A stretch of 56,150 bases of DNA, the filler included, from Trypethelium eluteriae (taxonomy: Eukaryota), in the NCBI GenBank assembly GCA_051942245.1. It is 2 parts of 2 records of this genome, joined end to end, with 100 filler letters (N's around TTAATTAATTAA, not from the genome) between each part and the next. Parts side by side here need not be neighbours in the genome. Positions count along the whole stretch, not along the records: positions 28,146 to 56,150 come from JAVECL010000319.1; 1 more part is not named here. One strand, written 5' to 3'. Positions within the stretch are counted from its first letter, which is position 1; the number at the start of each line of letters is the position of its first letter. Under the pieces are notes generated by a model that was not told where the DNA came from, ran no database searches, and saw only the letters and a program-made list of their open reading frames with translations. Made by a program: the position numbers and the translations under genes. Below, piece by piece: positions 34,591 through 46,514 of this stretch.

Positions 34591-35600
34591 TCACAAGGTC
34601 TCTTGTGCCTTCTCTCCAAACGGAGGTACGCGCTCATTGATGAAAGCCTCGAGATGGTCAATCTCTTGGGGATCGGCGGAGTGAGGCAAGTTTCTGTCTC
34701 TGGTTTCAGTGGAAACGCGTCTACAGAGCTGGAGCAAGTAATAAAACACTCACGGATAAGTTCTGAAGTCAACGTTCCATCCCCATTCCTTGAGCATTTG
34801 CGCCGTATTTTGCCCCCATTCGTACTTCACAACCAAATCCGCATCGCCATGACCCAGAAAGATCGGCGTTTCCTTGTTAGGATTCTCGGTTGGCACCATG
34901 TCCCGGATTTTGCCTCGCAAGAGCAAATAGCTTGATAGTCCAAAGATGCCGGCGAGCTTTTGCGGACAAGTAACGCCGCCTAAGAGGGACACGGCTCCGC
35001 CTTGAGAGAATCCCCCGAGAATGATACGATTTGAAGGAATACCTTTGGCAACTTCGGCAGAAATAAGATTGTGCATTGTATCACGGGATCTGAGGATACC
35101 AGACTCGTCCTCGCGTTGCTGAAGATCGTCGAACGAGATCTATCACCAGATGATCAGTCCGGGCATCTTTGCACCAAGTTATGCTTGACAAAAGGCGAAC
35201 GGTATCGCGTGATCTTACTATGTCGTACCAACCCGGCATCTTCATTCCCATGTTCTGGGATTGGATTAGTATTTTGTATAGAAACAGCATGGAGTTTCGC
35301 TACCATCGTGATCGGAATTGTTGGCGCATTAGGAAAGACGAATGACACTTCCTCAAATTTCCCTCTTCTCCGCCAATTCTCTGCTAACCAAATCCTAATA
35401 GAACTATCAATGGTTTGATTGAATACGACGCTTCTGATAGAAGTACCAGCCAGCTCCACTATCGATAAGTTAGCTGATGCATAGGAACCCTGGATGGCAA
35501 TCTTGCTTGCGTCATACCTATCGCCTAGTCCGTGGCTGACAATGACTGTAGCCGTATGCCTCTTGAGAGCCGGCACTACCAGCGCAGCTGGTCCTGACAT
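34591..35600 (-). CDS. Acyl-protein thioesterase 1 / lysophospholipase, multi-exon with a 12-nt micro-exon (35447-35458)
   Basis: HTATVIVSHGLGDS/GAGW, FPNAPTIPITM/NMGMKMPGWYDI, nucleophile motif GGFSQGG, GHGDADLVV and LPHSADPQEI. Confidence 0.92.
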
Positions 35601-35776
35601 GATAGATGCAATTCAAGTTTACGAGTGCTAGACTTGGAGTAGAAGATGGCGCGCTCAGACTTCCTCCTAGGACAGGCTGAGGTGAAGTTGAAGCGAGCTT
35701 GAGCGGGCTGCTGCGGTGACTACTTTGTACTAGTGCTGCTCTACTTGTACTTGCTTATTTCACCGGAACATTCCAC

Positions 35777-35798
35777 CTAACTACCTACCTACCTACCT
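35777..35798 (+). repeat. (CTAC)n microsatellite
   Basis: ctaactacctacctacctacct. Confidence 0.7.
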
Positions 35799-36117
35799 CC
35801 TGACTCAGATCAAGTCAAAATTTGTCTATGAGGTGGTGGAGCAAACATCGATCTAGCCTACACATAAGGCAACTAGCATGCACCTAGAATTGGCCATTGG
35901 TGCATGATGTCTCTGTCCTTCCTTGTTTCCGTTGCCATCTTTAGCATGCGTCAATTCAGACATCGCTACTGCTGCGATAAAAGCTTTATGCTCCTTGTCT
36001 CCGACATCAGTCCCCGCGCCATTAGATTACATTGTCAACACTCCATGGCGTTTTTCCAGTTCTTGCGATTACTCTACACAAATACCAGTTCTCCAAGTCA
36101 GCTTCATCAATCCAACG

Positions 36118-37132
36118 ATGGCCCCGGTTGTCGACTCATCTCCCGCAAGATTGCCAGTGTATTTCATCAGCCATGGAGCGCCAACTCTCGTAGGATCTGC
36201 GCATCCAGCTCGTAGCGAACTGTCCGAGATAGGGAAAGAGATAATTACTGTGAATAGGCCAGAAGCTGTGGTTGTCTTCTCCGCGCACTGGCAAGCAGGT
36301 AGAGACAATGTCGAAGTCAACGTTGATGAGAGCACTGACATAATCTACGAGTGAGCGGTTTCCACGGGCCTGCTTGACTTTCTGACAGTGCTTTCAGTTT
36401 CCCTGATGACTGGCCCCAAGAATTCAGGCAGATAAAGTATCCCCATACTGGAAGCAAAGTAATTGCGGAATCTGTGATGACGAAGCTACAAAATGCTGGC
36501 ATACAAGCCAAGGCTGTATACCGAGGTCTTGACCATGGTATCTGGCCTGCCTTCATATGCTGTAAATGAAGCCAATGAGAGCTGAAATACAAAATACAAG
36601 CGCTGATCAGCATGTAGTATTCGATCCGGTGGAGAACCCCTTAAGAATTCCGATTGTACAAGTGTCTCTCTTCAGGACAGAAGATCCGGACCAGCATTAT
36701 CGACTCGGACAAGCAATCGCCAGTCTCCGTGACGAGCGCGTTCAGATCATTACATCAGGCATGTCCGTACATAACCTGGAGGATTACCTCTCCAATATGG
36801 ACAACCTAGAACCTAAGCCGTAAGCCACTTGCACTCCAGAATCGAATCTCCAATAACCTTACACACTCAACTCGTCTAGATATGCTCTGAATTTCGATGA
36901 AGCCTTAAAATGTGCTGTTGAGCAGGAACCCAATGTCCGCCAGCAAAAAATGGCTGCATTGCTAGACCGTGAAGATTTTGAACAAGCCCACCCCACATTG
37001 GAACACCTCTTACCCATTTATGTCAGCGCAGGTGCGGCAGAAGATGATGTAGGGAAACGGTTGTGGACCATGCATGAGGCCGGACTGGGATGGGGTCTCT
37101 TCCGCTTTGGTAAGGTTCCTGTGGCTTCGTGA
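36118..37132 (+). CDS. Extradiol ring-cleavage dioxygenase, LigB / DOPA 4,5-dioxygenase-like, 4 exons
   Basis: PVYFISHGAP, VVVFSAHWQ, RGLDHGIW, PIVQVSL, IITSGMSVHNL and AHPTLEHLLPIYVSAGA. Confidence 0.9.
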
Positions 37133-37258
37133 ACCGACGTCCTGATCGATTTGCGCTTTGGAACATGACAGCTGAAAGGTCCAGCATTGATGTTGTCACA
37201 TTGAAGTATTGTTGTTATATGTACAAATTTCGTATGAGGCACTTTTAGAAGCAGCTTT

Positions 37259-37714
37259 CTATTGCGTTGCCTTGACTAATTCCGTGACCTTGTTTTCAAT
37301 CGCCTTATCGTCGAGACCTAAGCTAGCTGTCAGCACAGGGGGTATTGTATCTGCGTTTTGTGTATTCTCGCACCCTTCAGTGGCTCCATCTTTTCTCTGC
37401 CATATTCTGCAGTATGTCAGTCACATCCGTACGGCGAATAGAGGATCAAGACATGGTCGCCTACCATATCTTGCATAGACTTTTGGTTCAACGCCCATTG
37501 CTTCTCTGATCATTATTGGTGTATGTGGATTGTGATTCTTCATTGTAGGGTAGGCGCGGACTAGGAAAGTCCTAGAAGACGAGAGTTCTATTAGCTGGGG
37601 CTGATCATAACCAGGAATTGGGGCGCACCTCGCCGCTGCACTATGCTCAGATGTCTGACATAGGTGAAAGCGGAGCTCCTTCAAGCCTTTCGTGAAGGCG
37701 TACTTGCCGGACAT
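37259..37714 (-). CDS. NDUFA2: NADH:ubiquinone oxidoreductase 10.5 kDa (B8 / NDUFA2) subunit, multi-exon
   Basis: MSGKYAFTKGLKELRFHLCQTSEHSAAAR/TFLVRAYPTMKNHNPHTPIMIREAMGVEPKVYARY/.../LDDKAIENKVTELVKATQ*. Confidence 0.9.
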
Positions 37715-38498
37715 TGTGAAGGAAGCACGAATTGTGAAGACAAGAAAGCCTCACAATTCGTGGTTCGGTTCCTGTCGCGGCGACATTTTATGCGCAATTT
37801 ATGCAAGGTGCACAAACTGGAACCCACTGGGGGATGCAGAAACAAAAGTTACGGTACTTAACTAATGTACCCTGAAACCCGCCTCACCACTGCTACCTCT
37901 CTTTTGTGCTAGTAAACTTATAGGAACCTTTCGATAGCTTGACACTCAGCAACGTTCGGTATCTCATCTACTCTCTAGTATTCAAGAGCCTCATGACCGG
38001 AAAGAGCTTGCTGAATTGTGCGAAGATAGTGAAGAGGTTTGAGAATAGCGGTAGCGGCGCAGCGCTTCCTGCTGTGCCACCTGGGGTAGGAGATGAAATA
38101 TCGGTTACCCTAAGACCTCTCCTCACTACTCCGTACTCTCACCACAATTCATTCGTATCTGTCTGAATCCTACAGCCATCTACCAGCAACACATACATAG
38201 ACACTGCAGAGTATATTTCAGAGAGTATTGAAGGATCTGGAAGTGGCCAATAACACTAGATCGAGGAGGCGGGGTTTGGGGTAAGCCCACATTTCATTTA
38301 TCGCCCCCTGCCTCATGAGCCCGTACAGAGTATCTGTCTCTGCACCCCGCTGGTGAATCTCTGTTGCTTTTGCGGAACCTGCGGAACTTCTGACAAGCTT
38401 CTCCACTATTAAGTTAGAGGTGGAACCTCTATGACTTCCGCTAGTTTCTTCATCTTTAGCTTCGTCTTTAGCTCTTACTTTGGTGCACTAATCTGAGA

Positions 38499-39862
38499 AT
38501 GAGCAAATTGGCGATTCACAACCGTGGAACAGCTGACGGATGGCATGGCCAGGTTGGCCTAGACAGTCCATTCCCCCCGGAATCTGGACGATATCATATG
38601 TACATAGGTAACTTTTCATCGTGGTGTTCTCACAAAGCTGGCTAGTCAACTCTGATCAGGTCTTTTCTGTCCTTTTGCTCATCGCGCCAATCTTGTGAGG
38701 CATCTGAAAGGTCTAGCAGATGTCATTGATATCTCTATTCTGAAGCCTTATACAAAAGGCCAAAACAGGGGCTGGCCAGGCTGGGAATTTCCCCACACTG
38801 ATAATGAGTATCCCCAAAGCACAGTCGACAAAGTATTTGGTAGCGACTACCTCCACGAGGTTTACTTCAAAGATGATCCGCACTATCAGGGACGGTACAC
38901 CGTTCCAGCTCTTTGGGATAAGAACTCAAAGAGTATGGTGAACACGGTAAGGTTTTCCTGTGGAGGCTCTAAAACATTGCCAATGACCCAGATTGGGTCT
39001 ACATTTATGAGACTGACAGGGCGATGATAAAGGAAAGCACCGAGCTCTTGCGGAATCTTCAGACAGGATTCAATGATATTCTGGATTCTTCACATGCCTC
39101 GCTCACCCTTTATCCGAAGCATTTGCAGTCAAAGATTGATGAGATCGCTGAATGGATGCAACGAGACTTGAATGCCGGAGTTTACAAAGCAGGGTTTGCA
39201 GAGTCTCAGGAAGTTTACGATAAAAACGTCATACCCGTTTTTGGTGCTCTGAACAAAATCGAGAAGATAATCTCTGAGCATGGCGGGCCTTACGTTCTAG
39301 GGAGAGAGATGACTGAGCTCGATATCAGACTCTATGCCACTGCTATCAGGTCAGCTAACTCCCAAGGTAAATTCAGGATGCCCTGGTGCACTCTAATACT
39401 TTTTCAACAAGGTTCGATGTTGTCTACGTACAACATTTCAAGTGTAACCTAGGGATGATCCGGTACGTTGCGTAGCTTGTAAATGCATTTGGCGTTGCAG
39501 GAGAGCTTTGAGCGCCAGAGAATCTGTATACGCTAACATCCTTATTACGGAGCAGTCATGACTATCCAGTGATCCATAACTGGTTGAAGAATTTGTACTG
39601 GAACCATGAGAGTTTTCGGGAGACAACCAACTTCAAGCATATCAAGGAGAATGTAAGCCACTCGCCAGATCCCGATTTCGCCCACGCAGCTAAAACTTCC
39701 TGTATTTAGTACACAAAGAGTCATCCACAGGTCAATCCCAAAGCCATCACGCCAAGAGGACCATACCCGGACATTGAACAAGGTATTGAGTCCGACTTTA
39801 AAAAACTTAACCAGGGAGGTGTGCAATTACCTGAAGTTCTGGCCTGGGAGTCGCAACTGTAG
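38499..39862 (+). CDS. Glutathionyl-hydroquinone reductase (Xi/ECM4-like GST), 6 exons
   Basis: FPPESGRYHMYI/GLFCPFAHRANLVRHLKGL, YQGRYTVPALWD, NAGVYKAGFA, R/FDVVYVQHFKCNL, TTNFKHIKEN/YTKSHPQVNPKAITPRGP. Confidence 0.9.
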
Positions 39863-40260
39863 TAGTTCAGCTAAGTTATACGCTTTCGAGATTGTTGCAA
39901 GTGTTGCGTGGCAAGGTCATTATACTGCCTCGAGTGCAACGCGAGAAAGACTTGGGCTAGGACGGTACTTTGCTCGCGAAAGATTTCACGCCCATACCAG
40001 CAGCAAAAATGCTAAGCCATGTGTTCTTCAATTTCATCAAATGTTTAGTGATTGAATGCGCTAAAGGATCAGAGCTATACAGGGCCGCCTACGTGCAGCT
40101 TTTCTGGTAAGCAAAACTTGCAGGCCTCATGCCATGTATCCTGGCCGTGCCCCAATACTACTTCCAATCCGGCTACCATTCGGGATTTGAACAGTTGATT
40201 GCCCCCTCGATTTGAAACAGGAGCTTTCTGCCCTCTGCACGTTCAACAGTCCCTTTCACC

Positions 40261-40560
40261 ATGGCATCTGTAAGCATCAACATTGGCACTATTGTGACTA
40301 CCATCGACGTTGTTGTCAAAATCACCAAGACATTGAAAGACAGCAGCGAAGCTAAAGCTGAACATGACGATCTCGTCTTCTACTTCCCCGATGCGATTGC
40401 AGATGCCAATCCACCTGGACGCACAAAGGCGTCAACCATACAAACATGTCTTTGTCACATTAGCCTCATGCTGTCACACACGCTACCGCCAAGATATCGA
40501 CCGCTCAGTCGTCATTAATTCTCTGACATCCGAAGCATGGGAAAACCTCGTGGTGGCAGC
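40261..40560 (+). pseudogene. Probable relic of a fungal helical N-terminal (SesA/HeLo-like, NACHT-associated) domain gene
   Basis: MASVSINIGTIVTTIDVVVKITKTLKDSSEAKAEHDDLV resembles the 'SVGDFIA..ELI.KI..AL.DS.GA..EY..L' start of this domain. The frame then loses similarity and stops after 85 codons. Confidence 0.45.
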
Positions 40561-40988
40561 TAGACGTGCACCTCTCATGTCGTTTTTCGGGTGGAAGACA
40601 AGGTTGAGAAGTTATCCTCTGGAGGCATTAATATCCCCAGTGATGGAAGAAGATCTCAATGACGCGGAAAGGTCAAGATGCAGCTGGGTAAGTCAAATAT
40701 ATATCGGCATACTCCTTAACGCAGCTACAACTTCATTGACACAGGAAGACTAATGCTCATGACAGGTGTTTTCTGCCCGTTTCTATTGAAGAGTATGATT
40801 ATGTGCAGCTACCAGCTGAATCACAAGAACGATAACACCACATGCATCTAGCAAGACAGGGCCCGCCCATCACAACATCGTGCTTTCAAGAGAAGCAGGT
40901 GATCGAAAGGCTTGGGGGACTGCGTGGGCGCGCGCCTCCCTCTCGGCACTGATCAGCACTAGACATCTATTGCACAATCCACACTGAC

Positions 40989-41750
40989 TCAAAGATCGGC
41001 ATCTAAACATATCGCGTTCGGCCCGTCAAGTTCCTTCCTCATAAAAACCCCAACCCAGCCCAACCTCTCCCCATTCGGCAAATCGCTCCAATACCTCACT
41101 TCCTCCTTATACGGCACATATCCCCTCCTCGCATACCACAACGCATTATCCCTCTTCGGCGGCGTCTCCCCAAGCCGCTTCCACCTCCCCCTCCCATCCG
41201 GGTCGTCCTCCGGCCCCTCCAAATACCGCTTCGACAGCGTATTCACCGTCACCGCCCGACACTTGACACTGCCGTGCCGCTCCGTCCTCGCCATCGCCTC
41301 CACACTGTCCATGGCAAACGCGCCAAGCCCGAACGACTGGAACGCTGGCAGCACGAACAGCGCCGAGATGGTCAGCACGCTGCCGTCGCCCGACACCAGT
41401 GTTGGGTCCGGAGCCACCCCGTCTTCGGGATCGTCGATGCGGTCCAGCGCGATGTGGCCGACGGGGAGGATCTCCTCGGCGTCGCCTTCGACTGGGGATC
41501 GGTGGAGAGTCGGCGTTTGGTCGGTCTTGTGGGAGAGTGGGAGGGCGATCCAGAAGAGGGTGCGGTCGCCTTTGGCGATGGATTGACGCCATTTCGGGAT
41601 CTTGTTGATGGCCCAGCCGCAGATGAGGCGTTGGTCGTGGAGGATGGTGCGTTCGTCTTCGCGCTCGAGGTCCATGGGGATGAGGCGGGTTCCCGGTGGT
41701 GGCTTTTGGGGGGATTTGTGTGTCACTGGGGCTCCCGAGGGTTCGTCCAT
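40989..41750 (-). CDS. GNAT-family N-acetyltransferase
   Basis: QRLICGW, PVGHIALD, acetyl-CoA motif ISALFVLPAFQSFGLGAFAMDSVEAMA, and WYARRGYV. Confidence 0.85.
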   Translation of the reverse strand: MDEPSGAPVTHKSPQKPPPGTRLIPMDLEREDERTILHDQRLICGWAINKIPKWRQSIAKGDRTLFWIALPLSHKTDQTPTLHRSPVEGDAEEILPVGHIALDRIDDPEDGVAPDPTLVSGDGSVLTISALFVLPAFQSFGLGAFAMDSVEAMARTERHGSVKCRAVTVNTLSKRYLEGPEDDPDGRGRWKRLGETPPKRDNALWYARRGYVPYKEEVRYWSDLPNGERLGWVGVFMRKELDGPNAICLDADL

Positions 41751-42558
41751 TGTGGTGGCCGTTGTGCGTGGGGTTCTATCAATGGAAATTGCAAGCTAAA
41801 GAGAAAGATAGAAGAAGTAGAAATATGAAAATGCTATCCGTAGTGTTTGTTTTTCCACGATACCTATTTTTGGCTTTCGTCGGTCTGAGCATTAAAAATT
41901 TGAGTCATTGACAGATGACATAAACTTTGGCATATACTCTACCAAGATATGGAGTTCATTGTGAGTCATTCAGAAAATCACATGTACGCCCGGAGGGCTT
42001 TTCCTTGGTCTCTTTCAAATTTTTTTAAGTTTTCATTGCGGAGCAGAGGTACTGATATAACCACTAGCAAAGATCGGTTTAAGATCGTGCGAGCTCGCGA
42101 AGGTAAGGTTACGTAGGTCGGTACCTCCTTCTCGTTTGGGACCAGCCTTTGAGTACAGGACCCTTTCTCATGGCTGACTGAGTCACTTTTGTCCGACTTA
42201 CAATACTGCATTGAGGATAGGAACGTGAGTACAATTTTTGCAACCGAATTTAGCAATAGAAGAACTTGACTATTTGCAATTGAGGCCTTTTCGCCTTCGC
42301 CTTCGACTCCGCTGGTCTCTTTAGTCTTGATTGTGCGAAAACCTGGCCAATCATTACGGCACGCCTCAAGATCATCATACATCTAAGCAAAAGGTTATAG
42401 AAACCCGTCAGCTTTTCTTGAGGAATGCTTGGACCGGAAATTTGCTCCTCCAGCGCCTCATGCTACATAGAAACGATATCAAAGACTTATCTATAACAAG
42501 AAGCATTGTATCATCTCTAGGTTGAACAAAAGAATATATCCTTTCGCACGCTTTTTAC

Positions 42559-43671
42559 TCAGAAGCAGAAGACCTGGTCTTCTAACTTGCTGACAGGTCT
42601 TGGTTTGGCATAACCGAGCGAGTCGGTTGCCTTCTTCATGGCACTGACCATCGGCGGCGGTCCACAGATAAGGATTTTAATATCCTGAGCAGGAGCCGGG
42701 AGTTTCGCCTAGTCACCATGAAATTAGCTCCTCTGCACCCTTTTAACAAGAATTTTGAACTTCCTCACCTTAATCATGTCTGCGGTCACAAATCCTACAT
42801 CTCCCGGCCAGCCTTCTGGCGGATTGTTAAGCACATAGTGCACCCTGAACTTGTTGTCCTCCTTTGCTAGTTGATCTAGGTCCTCTCGTAGCAGAATATC
42901 GTCCTGATTGACATTTGCGAATAATAAATCCACCTCCGTCTTGTCGCCTATCTTTCTGCCCCGCACGATCGCCTTCACAATCTGCAACATTGGTGTGATT
43001 CCTGTGCCACCGGCAATCATTCCAAAATGCCGCACCATGTTCGGAGTATACACCATTGCACCCTTGGGTCCTTTGACTTTCAATGTTTGCCCGATGGAGA
43101 GGGATGCCATATGCTTGGAGATATTGCCCGTGGGGTAAGATTTGATCATTAGATCAAAGTACCCAGGGGTTTCATCTGATGAAATGGGAGTGTAGGAGCG
43201 TACGATTTCTTTAGTTTCGGTAGCGCCACTCGACGTCGTAACGGGGAGATTGGCAGCGACAGAGATATGTTGGCCAATGGGCAGGCCAAGTATGTCCGTC
43301 GCGCGAGGTAGAGAGAAGCGATAGCTAGATTTTCAGGTCAGCGATTGGCTTTGATATTTAGGATCGAGCCCGATGGGACGAACATTGCGGTGTTGTTGGA
43401 GACGTCCGTCCTTTCTCGAAGCTCAAAATTTTGAAACTCGTTTGGTTTGAGAACTTTACGTGCTTCTGTACAAAACAAAGATTAGCTTCGAGCTTGACCT
43501 ATAGAGTAGATATGTCGCACGATTATTGTACATCCTCCAAGCTCCCAGCAGTACCCCCACTACGGCAGCAAATGGGAGCCATTCTCTCCTGAAGATAGCG
43601 GTCCCCACAAGTAGTAACCCTGTAGGTAGGTAGACTCCATTCACATACTGAGGAGCGAGTAAAGACGTCAT
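42559..43671 (-). CDS. CBR1: NADH-cytochrome b5 reductase, 4 exons
   Basis: N-terminal membrane anchor, [71 protein letters not shown] and DQVFCF*. Confidence 0.93.
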
Positions 43672-44132
43672 CTTCTCACAACTAGAGAACAATTGTCGCA
43701 CGTCTCTAGCTTGGGGGATTTTTTATCGTTGAAAGGTTTTCGGGGATGAATAGGAAGTGGAAAGGTAGCAAATGAGTTTCAGTATTCGTCCAGTCTTGAA
43801 GTGCCAGGAGTCTGGCCAGTGCTTATGAACAATCAGCAAAAGAAAAACTAGATTTTATATCTCATGTATTATTTCAATGGTCAGCAAGACTGCAGTATCC
43901 TCCGAAGGCCGAAAAATCGGTGGGCGGAGAGCTTCGGGGAAGGAGTACCCGAAAGGGCAACTTGATCCGTGGTTGATAAGATCTTACCTAGATATCCCAT
44001 CTCGCATTTTCGTCCCTTTTTGCGACTCGTTTGAGTTGCGAGAATTGCCAAAATGGCAATAATTCATTGAGAACTGGTCCGGATTTAGCGCGTCTCTCTA
44101 GACTCCTCCTTAATCGCCCGAGTCTGTCTGTG

Positions 44133-44876
44133 ATGTCGGAAGATGACGCAGACTTCGATCCAAATGCCCCGCCATTGTTCCTTACCGAAGTCGACAAGCA
44201 AGTCCTTGCTCAAACCGACGAAGAATACCACTATCACACATGGGAAGAGCTTAAACAAATCATTTGTACGTCTACCCTAGTCTCTCATAGCGGCAATTGA
44301 TAATGTTTGCTATTCGCAGCAGAAAACCGTCTCGAGACTCTCAAGCGCAAACCTTCCGACCTTCGCAAATACCTCGCTTGGTTGACCCGCATTAAAGCAA
44401 CGTACGGAAACATCACCAATTATGTTCTCCAAGAGCGCTTACATTGGATACCGTTGCCTCCAATAGCAGAGCTACCCGCTTCTGACCAAGTGCCTACATT
44501 CAAGTCCAGAAATCCACATCCATTCGCTGATCCTGATGACTATTGTATACTTAAGAACGACTGGCCGTATGGTCTCGAAAATGGCATCCTACACCTCGTT
44601 ATTTGGCTAAAGACTCCCATCTCTGTCAAGCCTGACACAGGTGAGATCACCGATACGGGAAGAGCGATTGTAGAGAAATGGATAGACACTACATTCGTCC
44701 AGAGATTGATGCAGGCAGGACACACGGACGGAGGGAACTCGTCCAGAGAGAAAGCGTTGAACAAGGTTCTATGGTTCAAGAATTGGACAAGATTGCAGAG
44801 CGTGAGAGGATTGGATCATATCCATGTTCTACTAAGAGATATTCCAGAAGCACTGCAAAATGAATGGATGAAATAG
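44133..44876 (+). CDS. DUF3605 / Gig1-like protein with a HIT-like motif, 2 exons
   Basis: HTWEELKQII/AENRLETLKRKPSDLRKY, KNDWPYG, HLVIWLK and WFKNWTRLQSVRGLDHIHVL. Confidence 0.82.
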
Positions 44877-45043
44877 AAACGGCATGGAAGATCTTACGTG
44901 TAAGTGGGTATCGTGTTCCGAGCCTAGTCCTATCTATGCTCCATTGATACCCGTCTATACATTATGCAAAGCTTTTCTCGAACGCCAAAATGTCCCCCAT
45001 CATGAAAGGTCCCCAAAGCATCCGCAGTGGTGGTACGTGCTCA

Positions 45044-46514
45044 TTACACAATGTTTTTCGGCTCTCTTGTATGGTAGTGACTTGATAATGCCTCTTCGTT
45101 CGATTGTAAGGACTCCTTTGGCAGTAGCTCTGGTGCCGGGGAGTGCTCCAGGCTTGTCTGAACCCTACGCTCTTCATCTTCCCAGCCAGGTGCCCGAATA
45201 ATCGTTTCATCAACATCACTATACCAGCTCGTATGATGCGTCGTTGGATCCTCCGATAGCGTTTTCTCTTGGTGCAGGGCGCTGTTCATGGGCAGCATTT
45301 CAAAGTCCCAGTCATCCCGCCTCCGTCGTACTGGTGCCATCACCTGGTTTCCAGGATTCGACCTGTCGTTTCTATGAGAAGATAATTTATAGATTTTGGC
45401 AGCGCTGCCGGTGACGATATGCGGCGCTATTTTCTGGAACAGGGGTTTGAAGGCAGAGATCGATGCTGCAATAATAACCATGGCACCTTCTAGCTCTCCC
45501 CACATAAACAGTGTGGCAGTGGCCACTGGAGCTGAATCAGCATTGGTCACAATTTGACTAGACAAAAAATCTGGAGTAGCCAAAAGCCCATACCTGTGAC
45601 ATCAGGATTGTTCTGAACTTTTGAGACTTCAACCGTCTTGACGATAGTCGTTATCATGGCGCTGGGAAGATTATTAGTCCAATAGATTTGTGACTCATGG
45701 AGAGAGGTGCGTACAATATGCTCAAACCAAGAAGGAAACCTAGGCTGATCTTCACAGCCAGTTTGAGTTGCATTTTCCAAATGATCCACAAGGGTACGAC
45801 GGTCAGCGCCAGGTCAGTTGCGACGCTCGTAGCTACATTGTGATATCAGTCTCCTCTAGTTGCATATGTCATATTTGTGGAGCCATCTTACAGCTCTGAA
45901 AGATGCCAAAATCATACTCTACGTTCCGAGACCAGCAGTGCGCTTTTGCTGCGACAGCCGGATCCCAGATAGCGTTGACCTGAGAGCCGCACTGCGCAAA
46001 TTGGATAATGACAAAGGTGAAGTTGACAAGAACTTGCTCTACTATAATGCCATAGAGAGTGGCTCGTTTGACCTGATCATGCGGTCCTGGGAGCCGTAGA
46101 AGGGTGACAGCAAAGGATATACGACCTAGCATACCCGCCAGAATACCCACAGGTTGAGCAATAAGGACCCATTTCAATGCCTCAACAACATTTTCGGGCG
46201 GTAGGAAGTATAACGGCCGGCCCAAGCCTGCATTGCATGAGACTTGTGCCAATGCTGCCGTTGCCCAGGTTACAATCTAGACCATCGTGAGTCTTCTTCT
46301 TTGGAACATAGTAGGAAGGGAAATTTACAACTGCAAGTATAAGGATATGGTCATCCAATGCTACATTCTTGACAAGCACCGCTCTTGTGTAGAGCCGTAG
46401 GCCAACAAATACTGTGACAAGCGCCGCAAGACTCCAGGCTGCTCCTAAGAGCTTCGGAGCATTGTTGAAGTTTGGATCAACACCTGGCGGTCCATGCGGA
46501 GGTTTACTGGACAT
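45044..46514 (-). CDS. PTH11-like fungal 7-TM (rhodopsin-domain) receptor without a CFEM domain, multi-exon
   Basis: FVGLRLYTR..VALDDHILILA, GLGRPL, RISFAVTLLRL, QFAQC..NAIWD..CW, DLALTVVPLWIIWKMQL and WGELEGAMVIIAASISAFKPL. Confidence 0.87.

Noticed and set aside
34591..43671. Dioxygenase, Xi-GST, GNAT and reductase as a secondary-metabolite cluster
   Set aside because: No PKS, NRPS, terpene or other backbone gene, and the genes are interspersed with core housekeeping genes (thioesterase, complex I subunit, CBR1).
43895..43965. Tetraloop-like elements (CTTCGG, CCCGAAAGGG) suggesting a structured ncRNA
   Set aside because: The stems are only 2-4 bp, there are no Pol III boxes, terminator or snoRNA boxes, and it lies in a short bidirectional promoter.
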